From contig NC_068984.1 in NCBI RefSeq assembly GCF_001194135.2, positions 70,617,387 through 70,674,435 on the forward strand: DNA of 57,049 nt, written 5' to 3'. Positions 12,148-25,203 of the stretch are shown here, in pieces. This DNA is from Octopus bimaculoides. Taxonomy: Eukaryota. Within the stretch, counting starts at the first letter, position 1. Each line of letters begins with the position of its first letter. The notes under the pieces were generated by a model. The model ran no database searches and was not told the origin of the DNA. It was given only the letters and a program-made list of their open reading frames with translations. Both the position numbers and the translations under genes were made by a program.

Positions 12148-12926
12148 TCATCATCATCAACATTATTGTTTAACGTCCGTTTTCCATGCTGGCATAGGTT
12201 GGTTGGTTTGACCGGGGACTGGCAAGCCAGGAGGCTGCACCAGGCTCCAATCTGATCTGGCAATGTTTCTACAGTTGGATGCCCTTCTTAACGCCAACAT
12301 GGGAGCCATTCAGGCAGTACTGGCATCAGCCATGTTTGGATGGTGCGTTGTATGTGTTACCAGCACAGGAGCCATTCGGGGCAGGGGGGCTGGCATCAAT
12401 CATGCTCAGATGGCGCTTTTTACATACCACCGTCCCAGAGAGCTAGTCAGGTGGCACTGACGACGACCCACACATGAATGGTGCTTATTGTGTGCCACCA
12501 GCATGGGAGCCAATCAGGCAGCACTGGCATCAGCCACAACTACAATTTCCATTTTGATTTCGATTTGATTTCGATTCTGATTGTGATTTTGATTTTAATT
12601 TTTGATTTTACTTGACTCAATAGGTCTCCTCAAGCATGACTGTTGCCTGACAATTCAGAGGTACTTTTTAAATGGGACGGTTATGTGACACTGGTATAGG
12701 CTACAGTTGTGATCTCATTTTACTTGCCGGGTCTTCTCAATCACAGCATATCACTAGATGTCTCGGTCTCTTGTCATTGCCTCTGTGAGGCCCAGTATTT
12801 GGAGGTCATGCTTCACCACCTCACCCCATGTTTTCCTGGGTCTCTCTCTTCCATGGGTTCCTTTCACTGTTAGGGAGTGACACTTCTTCAAACAGCTCTT
12901 CTCATCCATATGCAGGCACAAGACCT
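12148..12926 (-). mobile_element. RTE-clade LINE 3' end (ORF2 C-terminus, 3'UTR with tandem units, (ATG)n tail)
   Basis: ORF 12754-12978 contains HMDEKSCLKKCHSLTVKGTHGRERPRKTWGEVVKHDLQILGLTEAMTRDRDI, matching the RTE GRGRPRKTW-type C-terminus; tcatcatcatca tail at 12148. Confidence 0.85.
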
Positions 12927-13205
12927 GGCACAAGTCCTGGCAAGGTTGTTTACGGAAGACTAGCAGTTGCCCATTCATACCGTCCTCCCCTCTCTATGCC
13001 ACTGATGCTATCCATGGGAAAGGCAAAGGCTAATACAACTTAGTACCAGTGACATCACAACTCATTCTTACAGCTGAGTGAACTGGAGCAATGTGAAATA
13101 AAGTGTCTTGCTCAAGAGCACAACACACAATCTGGTCTAGGAATCGAACTCTCAACCTCATTATTGTGAGCTCAATATTCAAACCACTAAGCCATGCACT
13201 TTCAC
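12927..13205 (-). mobile_element. tRNA-derived SINE with V-domain-like core (family C)
   Basis: A-box tggcttagtgg, B-box gagttcgattcc, core tcttgagcaagacactttatttcacattgctccagttcactcagctg; related copy at 22845-23057. Confidence 0.8.
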
Positions 13206-14734
13206 AGAAAATCCAATGAATGAAAGAAGTAAAAGATGAAAGAATTCCTTTCATATGCTACTAATAGCTATGGTATATGTCTTATGTTACATTCCATATT
13301 TGATGAAATAATTAAAGCAGTATAAAACATTGACTAACATTAGGTTACACCTACCACATAATTATTTCTGGTTCACGTTGATATTTAATACAAAGAGTAT
13401 TAAAAATGTAACTAAACTATAGCTGACATGTTTGAATTCTGACAGTCACATTTGATTAGATGAATAATTATAATACACTCATTAGTATAAAATTACAAAA
13501 CTGACATCAACAATAAGATTAAGCAAAAATGTAAAACAGATGCCCAGAAATAAAACTTTCACATCCAGCAATGAAAAAAAATAAAGTTGTTTGTAAACAA
13601 AGTGTCAATTGGACAGAAAGAAAATAGAACACAAAGAAAAATACAATGTTATAAGTCAAACAGAACTTTCAGACTTGTGAATCATTTGAAGTGCATGAAA
13701 GAATTTGAAAGTGTAGATTTTAGAATAAGATTAAAAGATGTGTTCCAGAGAATTTTTTTAAATGATGGTATAAAATACATTAATGTTATAGCTTAAAGTT
13801 GCTTCATTATCAAGAGATAACAAAAAGACATCTTTTGTTATACAACTTTGACTAGCAACAATGCAAATACACGTTTTTGCATCCAAAATTGTTAGTTTTC
13901 CATGTAAAGTGTACTAGGAACTTTCAAACTTCCATGCAAACTGTGCCCATATTTTTTCAATCTTTCATGTGAAATAAATATTCAACCCTATTAAATGTTG
14001 GTCTTCCTAAACATGAAATAATAAGATAGTTCCAGCCCTAAATAAATTTAACTTGTACTTTTAAAGATGTTCTTTATGATATCGAGAAATATTGAACTTC
14101 AGATAGAATAAAGTAAAATATAGCTTTGAATAAAAGGTACGTAGGCTATGAATTTTGATTGAAAAGATGAGGCCTCGAAATAAAATGTTGCAGGGGGCCT
14201 CTAAAAGTCATGTGATGGCCCTGACTACAAAGAGGCTTCTTTACTGGTTTGCTTTTATATACCATTTTCGAAAAAATAAAGCAGAAAACCAGTTACAACA
14301 AATTTTCCAGTTTGTTCTGTTTAATATATGGATTTATAGTGTTAAATTATCCATTTCATTTAACCTTAAAACAGTACATTATACACAGTATAACTTTCTC
14401 CAACAGATTATAAGTACAGGTAGTAAGCAATGTTCATTATACTATCTAAATTGTCGTATGATGTTTTCTGTTTAGATTTCACAGAAATTAATTTGGCTTC
14501 GATAACACTGAGTTTAGTGAAATAAGTACCAATAATAAATACATCAGTGTAAGAATAGCCCTTGTGGCTAAGAATTTCTATTCTAAACCATATGATTTTG
14601 TGTACATCTTCACTGGGTGGTGCCTTGAGCATCTCCTACTACAGACCCAGGCTGGTAAAAACCTTATAAGTGCAATTGTTTGATGGAAAATGAAAATAGT
14701 CTGTTATACAAACATGCACACACACATACATACA

Positions 14735-15262
14735 CAGTAGTGTAGTTAAGTTCTAAAGTTAAGGGGAGTGAGCATATGAAAAAAAATGTTGTTGAGACAC
14801 ATGCCAAACAATTTTTAACTCATTTCTATCATATTACATGGAACATTTCATTAGTTATAGTATATACACTTTGTATTCTACATTCATTAATTTCATATTT
14901 CAATAACAAAATCATTATGTATGAAACTTACATCTACTGATATAGGAGTTATGCTAAAAAAGATGAAACTCCACAGGATCATCCAGTGTTAGGAGGTCAT
15001 GATGTCAGAGTTTGTTTTGGTTCTTCAGATGTCAGCTGCCACTGACACATCACAGGAGATTGAGCAGCCTGTTCAAAAACATGAGTGGTTGGTCAAATAA
15101 GGTTCTTCGAAGGTCATGCGATTAACAACAAAAATGAGATTTGGCTTTTTTCACACAAATGAAGTAAAGAGTTGAAAAAATTGTTGAAAAGGCCTCAATT
15201 TCGAAAAGTATGCCTGGGGAAAGCAGTCACTCCCCTTGATCCTACATTAGCAAAGCCACTGT
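14735..15262. mobile_element. Possible degenerate MITE (CAGTGGCGTAGC...GCTACGCCACTG type)
   Basis: Ends cagtagtgtagtta and tagcaaagccactg-ta resemble decayed TIRs. Confidence 0.3.
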
Positions 15263-18074
15263 ATGTACATATATACACATACAATATGTATATGTGTATG
15301 TATACACATGTTTGCATGTGTGTGTTTGTGCCTCCTTGTCTTGCATAACAGTATTAGATAAGTGTCATTGTCATACAAACAGTGTTATTCATTGCTAGTC
15401 TTTATAAAAATGTGTCCAATCACGTGAAATGTTACTTTGCTCGGAAACAAGGGAAGGTTGGTGAGAGGAAGAGCACCTGGCTGTATAAAATCTGCCTCAT
15501 TCAAAACTTGACATAAACATGACAACGATGATGACTAAATGGCGACAATGATGAATACATAAAGATTAGTTCTATCAACAGTTGCTTTCCTTTTTTTCTT
15601 TTTCCTGAAACTTGTGCTTATGTCGGAAATCAATATTGGAACATACTAGTAATTACCAACAGAACATTTACCTTTAGATACCACAGTATATTTTGGAAAT
15701 CTTCTCTTGAAATAATTATCAATACTTGACCAACAAAAGACTGCAGGAGCAAGTATTGCTATTTTTTGTTTCCTATGCAACATTAATAAACACACCATGA
15801 ATACTTAGCAGTGACAAAAATATTCTAGTGAGATTCTTAAGAGAATTCTACAAGACTACTTCATTTCTAATTCACTGAAATATCTCCCCAACATTTCTTT
15901 TTTCTTTTTCCAGAATCTAAGCAAACAATAACGTATAATCAAATTTCTTAAGCTAAAACAGAATAACAAACTGGTGCATCAGCTGTTGGTTTGAAATAAA
16001 TTAATTTTTCTATGTGAGATTATAAAGCTTCATCATATAACGAAATGTCTCTGTGTTTCATATGTTTTAAAGTAGTTTTTTATAATTTTCTGAATCAAAA
16101 ACAGCAATTACTAGTTCAATTCCATTAACAAGAGAAATAAATGAATAGGAATATTTTAATAATTCAGTGTATGAAAATGTCTAGCATCTAAGTCATCAAT
16201 TGGTCGGGGGCTCTGATTAAGTTTGCAGTTGCAAATGAAACTAATGAAATCTACTAATTCTTGGATATTACACAGAATTGAACTCAAAAGCTGAAGGTGT
16301 AGCGGAAACATAATTGTTTTAGCTGTGAACTGAAACTGTGTCACTGAGTGCTTACTGCTACGCTGTTCTTTTATACAAATTAGTTGCCAACATGTCTTAT
16401 TTTAAGACAACATAAATGAGTTTGGAGTATCTTAAATATATTTATATGCACTCTTCAAATCCCAGTGTGCCCCAGCTAGGCCACAGTACAGCTGGTTAGA
16501 ACTAGTACAAAAAAATGTATATATTGAATTGACAGGAAAAAAAAGTCAGAAACAAACAAAACAACTATCATGTAAAATTTATGAAATGAAATATTGTGAT
16601 AAGTATAGAATTTTCCAGGAATCTTGAAACTATGATTAAAATTAAAAAGAAAATTTCTAAGTTAGATCCTAGCCTTGGAGCAATATATATGTGTTGGAAA
16701 TATAGCTCCCTTAGATAATGAACAGAGAGAAAACCAATAAAAATAGGATATGTATAAAATGCAAAGAGCTGAGATATATTGTCTGAAAATATCAATTATT
16801 GATAAATGATATTACAAAAATATCAACAAAGAAATTTGATTAATATAAACAAGGTATGTCATTGAAATGTTTATTTAGAATGTCTATAAAAATACTGCAT
16901 GATGATAATTCTTGTTAAAAGGCCCTGAAGTGCAATGGATGGCACCAATCGCTGAAGTTCTTAATTCCAGCTATTGAGGAGATATAACAAAGAGAGTACA
17001 AAAGTGCACATGAGAGGCGTCACTTCTCCATTGCATCAAGTAGCTTCACCTGCAGCAGGTGTCGTCCCTGCTGCAGATCAAGTGAGCCTGCCAGAATTGA
17101 TTACAGAACAAGAATAGTCAACATTGACTTATGACAGACAGTTGAAAAAGAACAAGAAGCATTTAATCAAAAAGCTTGTAGTTCTGATTTGTACTTTGTT
17201 ATATTGACACTGGGGGAATGAAAAACAAAGTTGACCTTAATAGTATTTTGAACTCTGAATGTGAAGAGCTGCAACGAATACTGCAGGGCATTTTGTCTGA
17301 TACAGTAATGATTCTACCGATCCACAACTAAATGGCAAGGTAATAATGATTTCTAACATAGCTGCATGGCCTAAAATGTGGGTGGAGAATGAGCAGCGCC
17401 AATTCAATTTACCCTAGAACATGACTATTAATTATTTTATGCATTCTTGGATGATGAAAGGTAGATTTAACCTTGGTGAGATTTAAATGCTGAATGTTAA
17501 GTTAATGCAACTAAAGACCACAAACACAAGGCATTTTCCCTATCCTTCAATTAATTCTGCAAATCCATTGCCAGCCCACTGCTTTCATCCATGAATATCA
17601 ATAACATTATTGATAAAGATGTTTACAAAGGCTCAAAACCCTTTATGGCAAGAGTTGACTGTATCAACAACAGCACTTGACAGTTATTTATTTGATAGGC
17701 TCTATAAGACTAAAAGGTAAGGACGACCTGCAAGGAGTGTGGATTTGAACTCAGAATTTAAAGGTTAGTAACTAATTACAGTAAACCAGTTTGTCAAGTA
17801 TTCAGCCATTACTGCTACCCATCAGCACCACCACCACCAACAAGAGAACAATAACAACAACACTGATACCATTTCAACCACCACAAACAACGTTGCCGTC
17901 ATCATTGCATTTATATTTGCTTTCTCCACATAGGCAATGGTTTGATAAGTCTTATTGAGGCAGTATTTTATCTCCAGTTACTCTTCCTATCACCAGCATT
18001 TATATTTCAATGGTATACAAACCAAACCAACAAAAACACTGAGAAGTGGGATGCATTATTTAAAGTAGATATAA

Positions 18075-18412
18075 AGAAATACAAATTTACATTATTTATA
18101 TTTGACGGATATTTATCTTCATTTTGTTTATTGTTAACATAACGTCTTGGCTGATATACCCTCCAGCCTTCATCAGGTGTCTTGGGGAAATTTTGAACCT
18201 GGGTTCTCATTCCTAAGGTATTTTTTGATGTTATTATTATTATTATTATTATTAAAGTCCCTGCTTTGAATCGAACTCGGAATCTTGGGGTTAGTAGCCC
18301 ACGCTCTTAACCACTACGCCATATGAGGACAAATATCCATTAAATATAAATAATTTAAATAATGTGAATAATGTACATAATTCCTCATCTCTTAAATATA
18401 GAACTGTAAGAA
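18075..18412 (-). mobile_element. tRNA-headed element with (AAT)n linker, Penelope-like 3' region containing a degenerate hammerhead motif, and an inverted terminal copy at its 5' end
   Basis: Minus strand reads ggcgtagtggttaagagcg (A-box)...gagttcgattc (B-box), then (aat)n, then gacac CTGATGA aggctg..cagcc aagac gt t atgtt. The plus-strand arm at 18323-18412 is an inverted copy of the terminus. Confidence 0.7.
18136..18181 (-). ncRNA. Degenerate minimal type I hammerhead ribozyme (Penelope-type)
   Basis: CUGAUGA core, perfect 5-bp stem II (GGCUG/CAGCC), ACGU palindromic stem III, stem I GACAC/AUGUU; GAAA box mutated to AAGA. Confidence 0.6.
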
Positions 18413-19142
18413 TACAAATGCTTTTAATGCTGGAGACATATAGAAACAGACTTCCTCTCTCTCTCCCTCCTTCTCTCTCTTTCTCTCTCATTTTCTCTCT
18501 CTTTCATTCTTCTCTTGCTCTTTCTTACACATACACACACACATACACACACACATACACACATACACACACAGAGCAGGATTCTGCACAATTTCTGTCT
18601 ACCACATTTCAGTCATAGGGCATTAACTAGTCAAAGGCTTATAGCAAAATTCACTTACCCATGGTGCCATGTTGTCAGATAGAACCTGAACTAACATTAA
18701 TTACCCCAGCTTATAAGTGTGTCAGTGACTACACAGTTACAAACATGTGTAGTTAAGTTAATCAACTTCAGTGCTCTATTATCATTTTTTTGACTGGAGA
18801 AGAACATTCTGCCAGCTCACTGCTTTGACATAAGATAATATAACAAGGCATTTTGTCTATCACATTATGAACTTTGCTGTCATTAATCCTGCGGAAATAA
18901 TGATCATTTCATTATGTTGTACCACAACTCAAATCTCTGCTAGATATAATCAAATATGAACACATATTTTGTATAATAAGAATTCTGATTCTTAGTTGGT
19001 GAAGGTCCCAGCCAATGGACCATGGATCATTTAGTACTGGCTCACACCGAAAGAATAGAATTTTAAATTATATTTCTATTTTATTGACTGTTGCAGTCTG
19101 CAGGATGTTTTTGCATTATGTATGTATTACATATGTAATAAT

Positions 19143-19362
19143 AAGACAGTGAGCTGGCAGAATCATTAGCATGCCAGGCGAAATGCTTAGCCATATTTCG
19201 TCTGTCTTTACATGCTGAGTTCAAAATTCCACCAAAATAGACTTTGCTTTTCATCCTTTCGAGGTCGATAAATTAAGTATCAGTTACATACTGGGGTCGG
19301 TTTAATTGACTGGCCCGCTCCCAACAAATTTCAGGTCTTGTGCCTATAGTAAGAAAGGATTA
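19143..19362 (+). mobile_element. SINE family A (tail type 2)
   Basis: gagctggcagaatcattagc head, gataaattaagtatcagtta..ctggggtcg core, ttcaggtcttgtgcctatag tail. Confidence 0.85.
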
Positions 19363-19844
19363 CATATGTAGTAATAAAATTGTATATCATATAATATGCA
19401 CTTTATTGTATTTTTGTTATGCACATGATACCATAGTTCATGGAAAAAGACTTATGCGAAAGTCCTCTGCAGTGAAAAAATGTCTGGTGACCACTGGGGT
19501 AGGTAATGAGATTCTGTGCATTTCATACTATTCTCAAAGACATTGAGGAAGTAAGTAATTGAAGTAAAACAGCTCCAGCTAGGAATTGAAATCCAACTTA
19601 CTTCTAATGTGAGAGCAAAGAAGAGAGGTTGGAAGAGAAAGAGAGAGAGAGGAAATAATGAATCAGACAGCTACAGCGAGTTTGATGGATATAAAGAGAG
19701 AGAATGAGACAGAGAAATGATCTGACAGACAAACATATACACATATGTACAGAAACACACACACACACACACACACACATACTTATAAAACAATTGTTGT
19801 GCCACTATGAGTGAAGGAAATTAATCTATTGGTTGTCAGGCTAC

Positions 19845-19882
<38 letters not shown>

Positions 19883-20034
19883 AATGTCTCAAGTATGCTA
19901 CAAATGATTCTTTACTTTCTGTTTCCTCAGAAAAATCTTATATAATGTCAGCTTGAACAATAGTTTTGCTTTTGTCTGAAACTTTTCCGAGCAAATTGTT
20001 GTAAATGTCTCGAAACAGTTTAGAAATCTCCCCA

Positions 20035-20137
<103 letters not shown>

Positions 20138-20825
20138 TTTTTCATTCTCATTTTCTGCCCATCCCCAACCACAAGCTTTTTCTCATCTTCCTAACAGAAT
20201 GAACTCAAATATATATTTTGGTTGATTAATTTTGCTCTGGAAAAACTTTTCTTCCATACAACTTGATCTGAATATCAGCTAATAATGTTGAACAATTTAT
20301 AGCAATTCGTAATATACAAAAGATCTAAATAAAAAAGATAAACAAAAGTAAAATAAATAAAAGATGCCCTCATATTCTTTCCATTGTATTTTGATAGGGT
20401 TAGACAGTAGGAAACATAACCTTTTATATACCTATACTTTTTCCCCTATTGCAAGTTGAAAGAAAACTTGCCATAATTTGATTTTTATGTCTTTTAGTAT
20501 GTGAGGGATTGCACAAGCATGTATATGTGTGTACATGCAGGTGTGTATGTGTATGAGCATTTGTGTATTAATTCGCATACACGTATATCTGTGAATACAT
20601 GCATAGATACATGCATACATATACACACATACACACACACACAAACGTCACTGTGTAGCTTAAAAGTTCGCTTTCCAGCCACGTAGTTTCATGCTCAGCA
20701 TCGTTGTATAGCACCTCAATATGATCAATGTCATGTAAATGAAATTTGGTGGACATTAACTGTGTGGAAGCTGGTCACACACACACACACACACACATGC
20801 ATGCACATGCGCGTGCATACGCATG

Positions 20826-21725
20826 ACATCAGAGTTAGTGTGCAAGAGAGAAGACTGAACTGATATGGTCATGTGATATGTATGGAGGAAGACAGTTGCA
20901 TTCAGAAATACCAATCACTAAACTTGTAAGGAGACCTGTGGAAGAGAAAGATCTAGAAAGATGTGAGACAAAATGCTGAAAAATATGATCTTCAGATGTT
21001 GTGCATCATGAAGGAAACAACGAAGGATGGAAAAGATTGACAATATATTGTACATTAGAAAACTCATCCAGTTAAGTAAAATCGAAGCCCTAAAGGTATG
21101 TCATTTATGTTCCTGCACCTACACACAAATCAGTCCCTGACAAACCTAAAATCCAACAACCAATCTTCCTAAAACCACACCACTCCTTTTCATCCAGATC
21201 ACCACCTGCTGTATTCCACTCCCCTCTCTCACCCACTCTCTCTTCACATCCTTGTGAACCTAAGTCAGCACAATGTGTTCCTGTTGAATCTCTTGCACAT
21301 GACATATCCTCCTAACATTGTCTCTCGCTCTCCTTTTACAATGTCAAGACCTTACCCACCCACTCATTCTACTTAACATATATATGCCTCCTTGTAATAT
21401 CACTGTATTTCACCCCTGCCGTCACATGTTCACCATCTCTCTCTCTCTCTCTCTCTGTTTTTTTTCTCTCCATCTGAAATAGCTAGGTATCTCCTCTACT
21501 GATAGGCACCTATTTCTGTCCCCTCTGTTCCAAAATCTCGTCACCTGGTATAAAGCCACCTTGCTCAGTTGAGGTGCGTCATCTTGCAAACTACATGGTG
21601 ACCTCACTGCTGCTGGTGCCAAATAAAAATACCTGCTACACTTTTTTAAGTGGTTGATATTAGGAAGAACATCCAGCCATAGAAACAATGCCAAAACAGA
21701 GAGTAGAGCTTGGCACAAAACATAC
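20826..21725 (+). mobile_element. RTE-clade LINE 3' fragment with long pyrimidine-rich 3'UTR
   Basis: Decayed ORF2 end (gtgcaagagagaagactgaactgatatggtcatgtg...ggaagagaaagatctagaaag), followed by a UTR resembling the reverse complement of 53790-54800. Confidence 0.65.
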
Positions 21726-22261
21726 ATATTGCACAGGCACTGACTCTATATACTGCACACATACACACATACATGCTAAAATACCCTATTGATATTGTTG
21801 AAATTCCAATGAAGAAACCTTGAATCTCAAGTTAGAAACTGGTTCTTTCTCTATTAGCAAAAAATCTTGAAATAAAACTGAATAATGACATACATACATA
21901 GATATATACATACCTACATACATACATACATAGATATATACATACCTACATACATACATGCATACGTATGTACGTATATATATATATACATACACACCCA
22001 CGCATGCATATACACATGCATGCATACATACACACAAATACATACATATACGCACATACATACATACAGGTTGTTTTAAGGTTGTTATTTTAAAGCTAGT
22101 TTCAGCATAGCTCTAGGACATATACTAATGGAGTGGATGAATACTGAATGTAGAGTGAAATTTAATAAAAGTTCATGATTTCAGGGACTTCAAGTTTTTC
22201 CTCGTAGTTTTTTCAGCAAATAGTCAAGCTATATTTTCTGGTATTAATATGGAAAATGCCT

Positions 22262-22497
22262 CAAGGTGGCAAGCTGACAGAGTCGTTAACATGCCAGGCA
22301 AAATACCTAATGATATTTCAACAGCCTTTATGTTCTGAGTTCAAATTCCACTGAATTCAACTTTGCCTTTGATCCTTTCGGAAGTTGATTAAGTAAGTAC
22401 CAGTTATGCACTGGAGTCAATGTAATCAACTTAATCCCTTTGTCTGTCCTTCTTCGTCCCCTCTATGTTTAACCCCTTGTGAGCAATAAAGAAATAA
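22262..22497 (+). mobile_element. SINE family A (tail type 1)
   Basis: Full-length match to 4292-4524, ending caataaagaaata. Confidence 0.9.
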
Positions 22498-22844
22498 ATT
22501 TAGGAAACGCCTCATCAAAAATAGGAGTGTATTGATATTGTTTTGTGTTTGCTGTAAAAATTAAGAAGGGGAATCTTTATTTGTTATATTAACCTTGTGG
22601 AATAGTTAAATGGTTTAAGACCAGATTAACTAAAAGAACCTGAACAATCCTCGGTGGTATTGATGCCACTGAGGAACCAAAAGCATGGTGTAATTTTAAA
22701 AGGACCTGAATGTCAATATGGCAATGATTGCAGTGCAGGAGCACAAAACCTAGGGCCATGCTGCATTGTTTCTTATGCAGGAATGGAATAATAATGAATT
22801 CAGTATTGTCAGTTAAGTACAAATAATAAGCTCACACCAAAGTT

Positions 22845-23057
22845 GTGGAGGTGCATAGTTTAGTGATTAGGGTGTTTGACTCATGATCATAAGATTGTCC
22901 TTCCATTTCTTAGACTGATTGACACATTGTGTTCTTGAGCAAAATACTTCATTTTACATTGCTCCAGTCCACTCAGCTGGCAAAAATGATGAACTGGTGT
23001 CCTGTCCAGTTGGGGAATTTATATGCCATAGAAACTGGGAAACCATCCCTTATGAAT
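22845..23057 (+). mobile_element. SINE family C (V-domain-like core)
   Basis: gtggaggtgcatagtttagtg head; ttcttgagcaaaatacttcattttacattgctccagtccactcagctg core. Confidence 0.75.
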
Positions 23058-23642
23058 TGACATTACTGAAAAAGGTAACCTTCTAAAAATACTTTAGGAT
23101 CAGTGACATGCTGACAGACAAGTAGAACTTCAGTATTGACAGCTGCACAAAACAGTTAACAGTAAATGATATCTATGAACTGGACATAAGTCATAGAGGT
23201 AAAATCTGTTTAAGGTATGGTTAGAACATTGTTAGTTGAGAAGGGAAGAAGGGAGTTTACACATGTGATGTTGCATAGTATCATAGCATCATGTCAGCCC
23301 TGATTGAGCAGATCTTTGATAAAAAATATTCCTTTCATTCAATGAATGGAGTATCTATAGCAGTAGGGTGGAATTTTGAGTGCTATTTTCCAACTATTTC
23401 TTGCAGGTAAGGCAACCATCTAGAAGTTCTTTATTGGGTTCGGTTTCCAGAGAAAAAAGGTTTCTTTCTTCATACACATGTAGAAAAAGTATATGAAATA
23501 TTCGTAAGGAAGCTGCATGCATTTTGAGATTATGTCAGCCAGCATCTAGGAATATAATATCTGATAAGTAAAGATCAAACTGACTGAAACAAAATATATG
23601 AAATTAAATAATTCTAAATGTTCAACTAGATTACAAGGTCTA

Positions 23643-23875
23643 AGTATTATATTGATTTCAAATTTTGATACAAAGCCAGCAAGTTTAGGGGAGGGGTAAA
23701 GTCAATTACATCGTCCCCTCCCCACAAGAGTTCACCTGACACTTATTTCTTTGACCACGAAAGGATGAAAGGCAAAGGCGATCTCGGCAGAATTTGAACT
23801 CAGAACACAAAGATAGATGAAATTCTGTTAAGCATTTTGCCCTGCATGCTAATAATTCTGCAAGCTCACCACCTT
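23643..23875 (-). mobile_element. SINE family A (tail type 2)
   Basis: Reverse complement begins aaggtggtgagcttgcagaattattagc and contains ctgagttcaaattctgccgag. Confidence 0.8.
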
Positions 23876-25203
23876 GTTTCATATACTTTGTTTCATTCAG
23901 TTTGATCTTTACTTAACAGATATTATATTCACAGATACTAGACAAAGTACTACTAAACATTTTGTCCAGCTGGCTAATGATTCTGCCAGCTCACTGCATA
24001 AGTATTATAATCATATTAAGATATTCTATTCCACACAAACGTCTAAGTTATTTAACAGAAGATTAAAACATTTATTACAAGAGTTGTTATTGGACTTTCA
24101 ACAGTTTTCTATTGAAAGTGGCAAATATTTAGGTAAATGAAGCTTTTGAAATGATTTGTGCTTCCCTGTGATGCTTGGTATAAGATCCTGTCTAGATTGT
24201 TTAATTAACTGTGCAAATATAACCATCATCTCTTGAGGCAACTAATGTGGAGTTGCAAGTTAATTTTGATAATTAACTGAAAATATGTATTGAAAATCTG
24301 CACTAATGCTTCAAGCTTGCACTGACAGATCTTTCAAATTATACGATGCATGATATCAAATGGATCTTCTGATTAATATGAAAAATTCCAGAAAATTCTG
24401 AAATTCTAATGATATATATGTGAATGCAAGCATTAGAAATATGACTAAGAATGCATTTTCTAAGGTGTTTACAGATAAAGGAAACGAAGAAAACACTCTT
24501 GGTAGTAAGAAAAGAAATTTTTATTTTTTATTTTTGCTCCTACTCAGTTCATTTTTCTATTATTTTCTTAATTTTTGTCATTTATTTTTTATTTTTATTT
24601 TCTGTTTTTAACTTATGTTGTTCAGAGAAACATTACTCATAAATAATGTTTCCATAAACTGATTTTTCTTGTATGAAATAAATCATACATAAAGTTAGGA
24701 AATATTGTTTGCTGGAGCTTTCACTTGTTTTCAATGTGTTCGTTTGTAGAACAAGAAAAGAAAATAAACTTTAAAAAAAGCCAACAAAAACACAACTGAA
24801 AATACTTCCAAGGCACAATCAGTGGCTGGATCTGTTTTGGGAAAGCTTTTTTTTTTCTATTATTTACAAAGCTTTACTTATTTGAGTTAATGGTGGTCTT
24901 ATACTGTTTCTTTTTTATTTATTCCTAAGACATTGCCATAATACAATAGAGTTTTACTGTTGCTTTTTATTATTTTTCAATCGTTTATATTAATGTTTTG
25001 TGTGAATTTATATCATAATATTCAATACAGTGTGAAATAATGAATATAGACATAACAATAGAAAACAATAACTTTTAGCACATTTAATATATGTGTTACA
25101 AGTTTCCTTCCCCAAACATTAAGTTTTTCAGATATTATAATGTAGGGTATGTGCTTTTACATGCACCAAAATTTAGTTTTAATCTTTACATGTCTTATAC
25201 ATA

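Noticed and set aside
12293-12545. CRISPR-like repeat-spacer array
   Set aside because: Units are diverged along their whole length with no unique spacers; eukaryotic LINE UTR context and no cas genes.
16930-17170. RTE C-terminal zinc-finger fragment (also a weak RTE-like stretch near 3300-3480)
   Set aside because: Similarity is too degenerate to support by eye.
18254-18325. Functional tRNA gene (also heads at 13205, 22845, 26551, 27880, 48643)
   Set aside because: A and B boxes only, continuing into SINE bodies without a complete acceptor stem.
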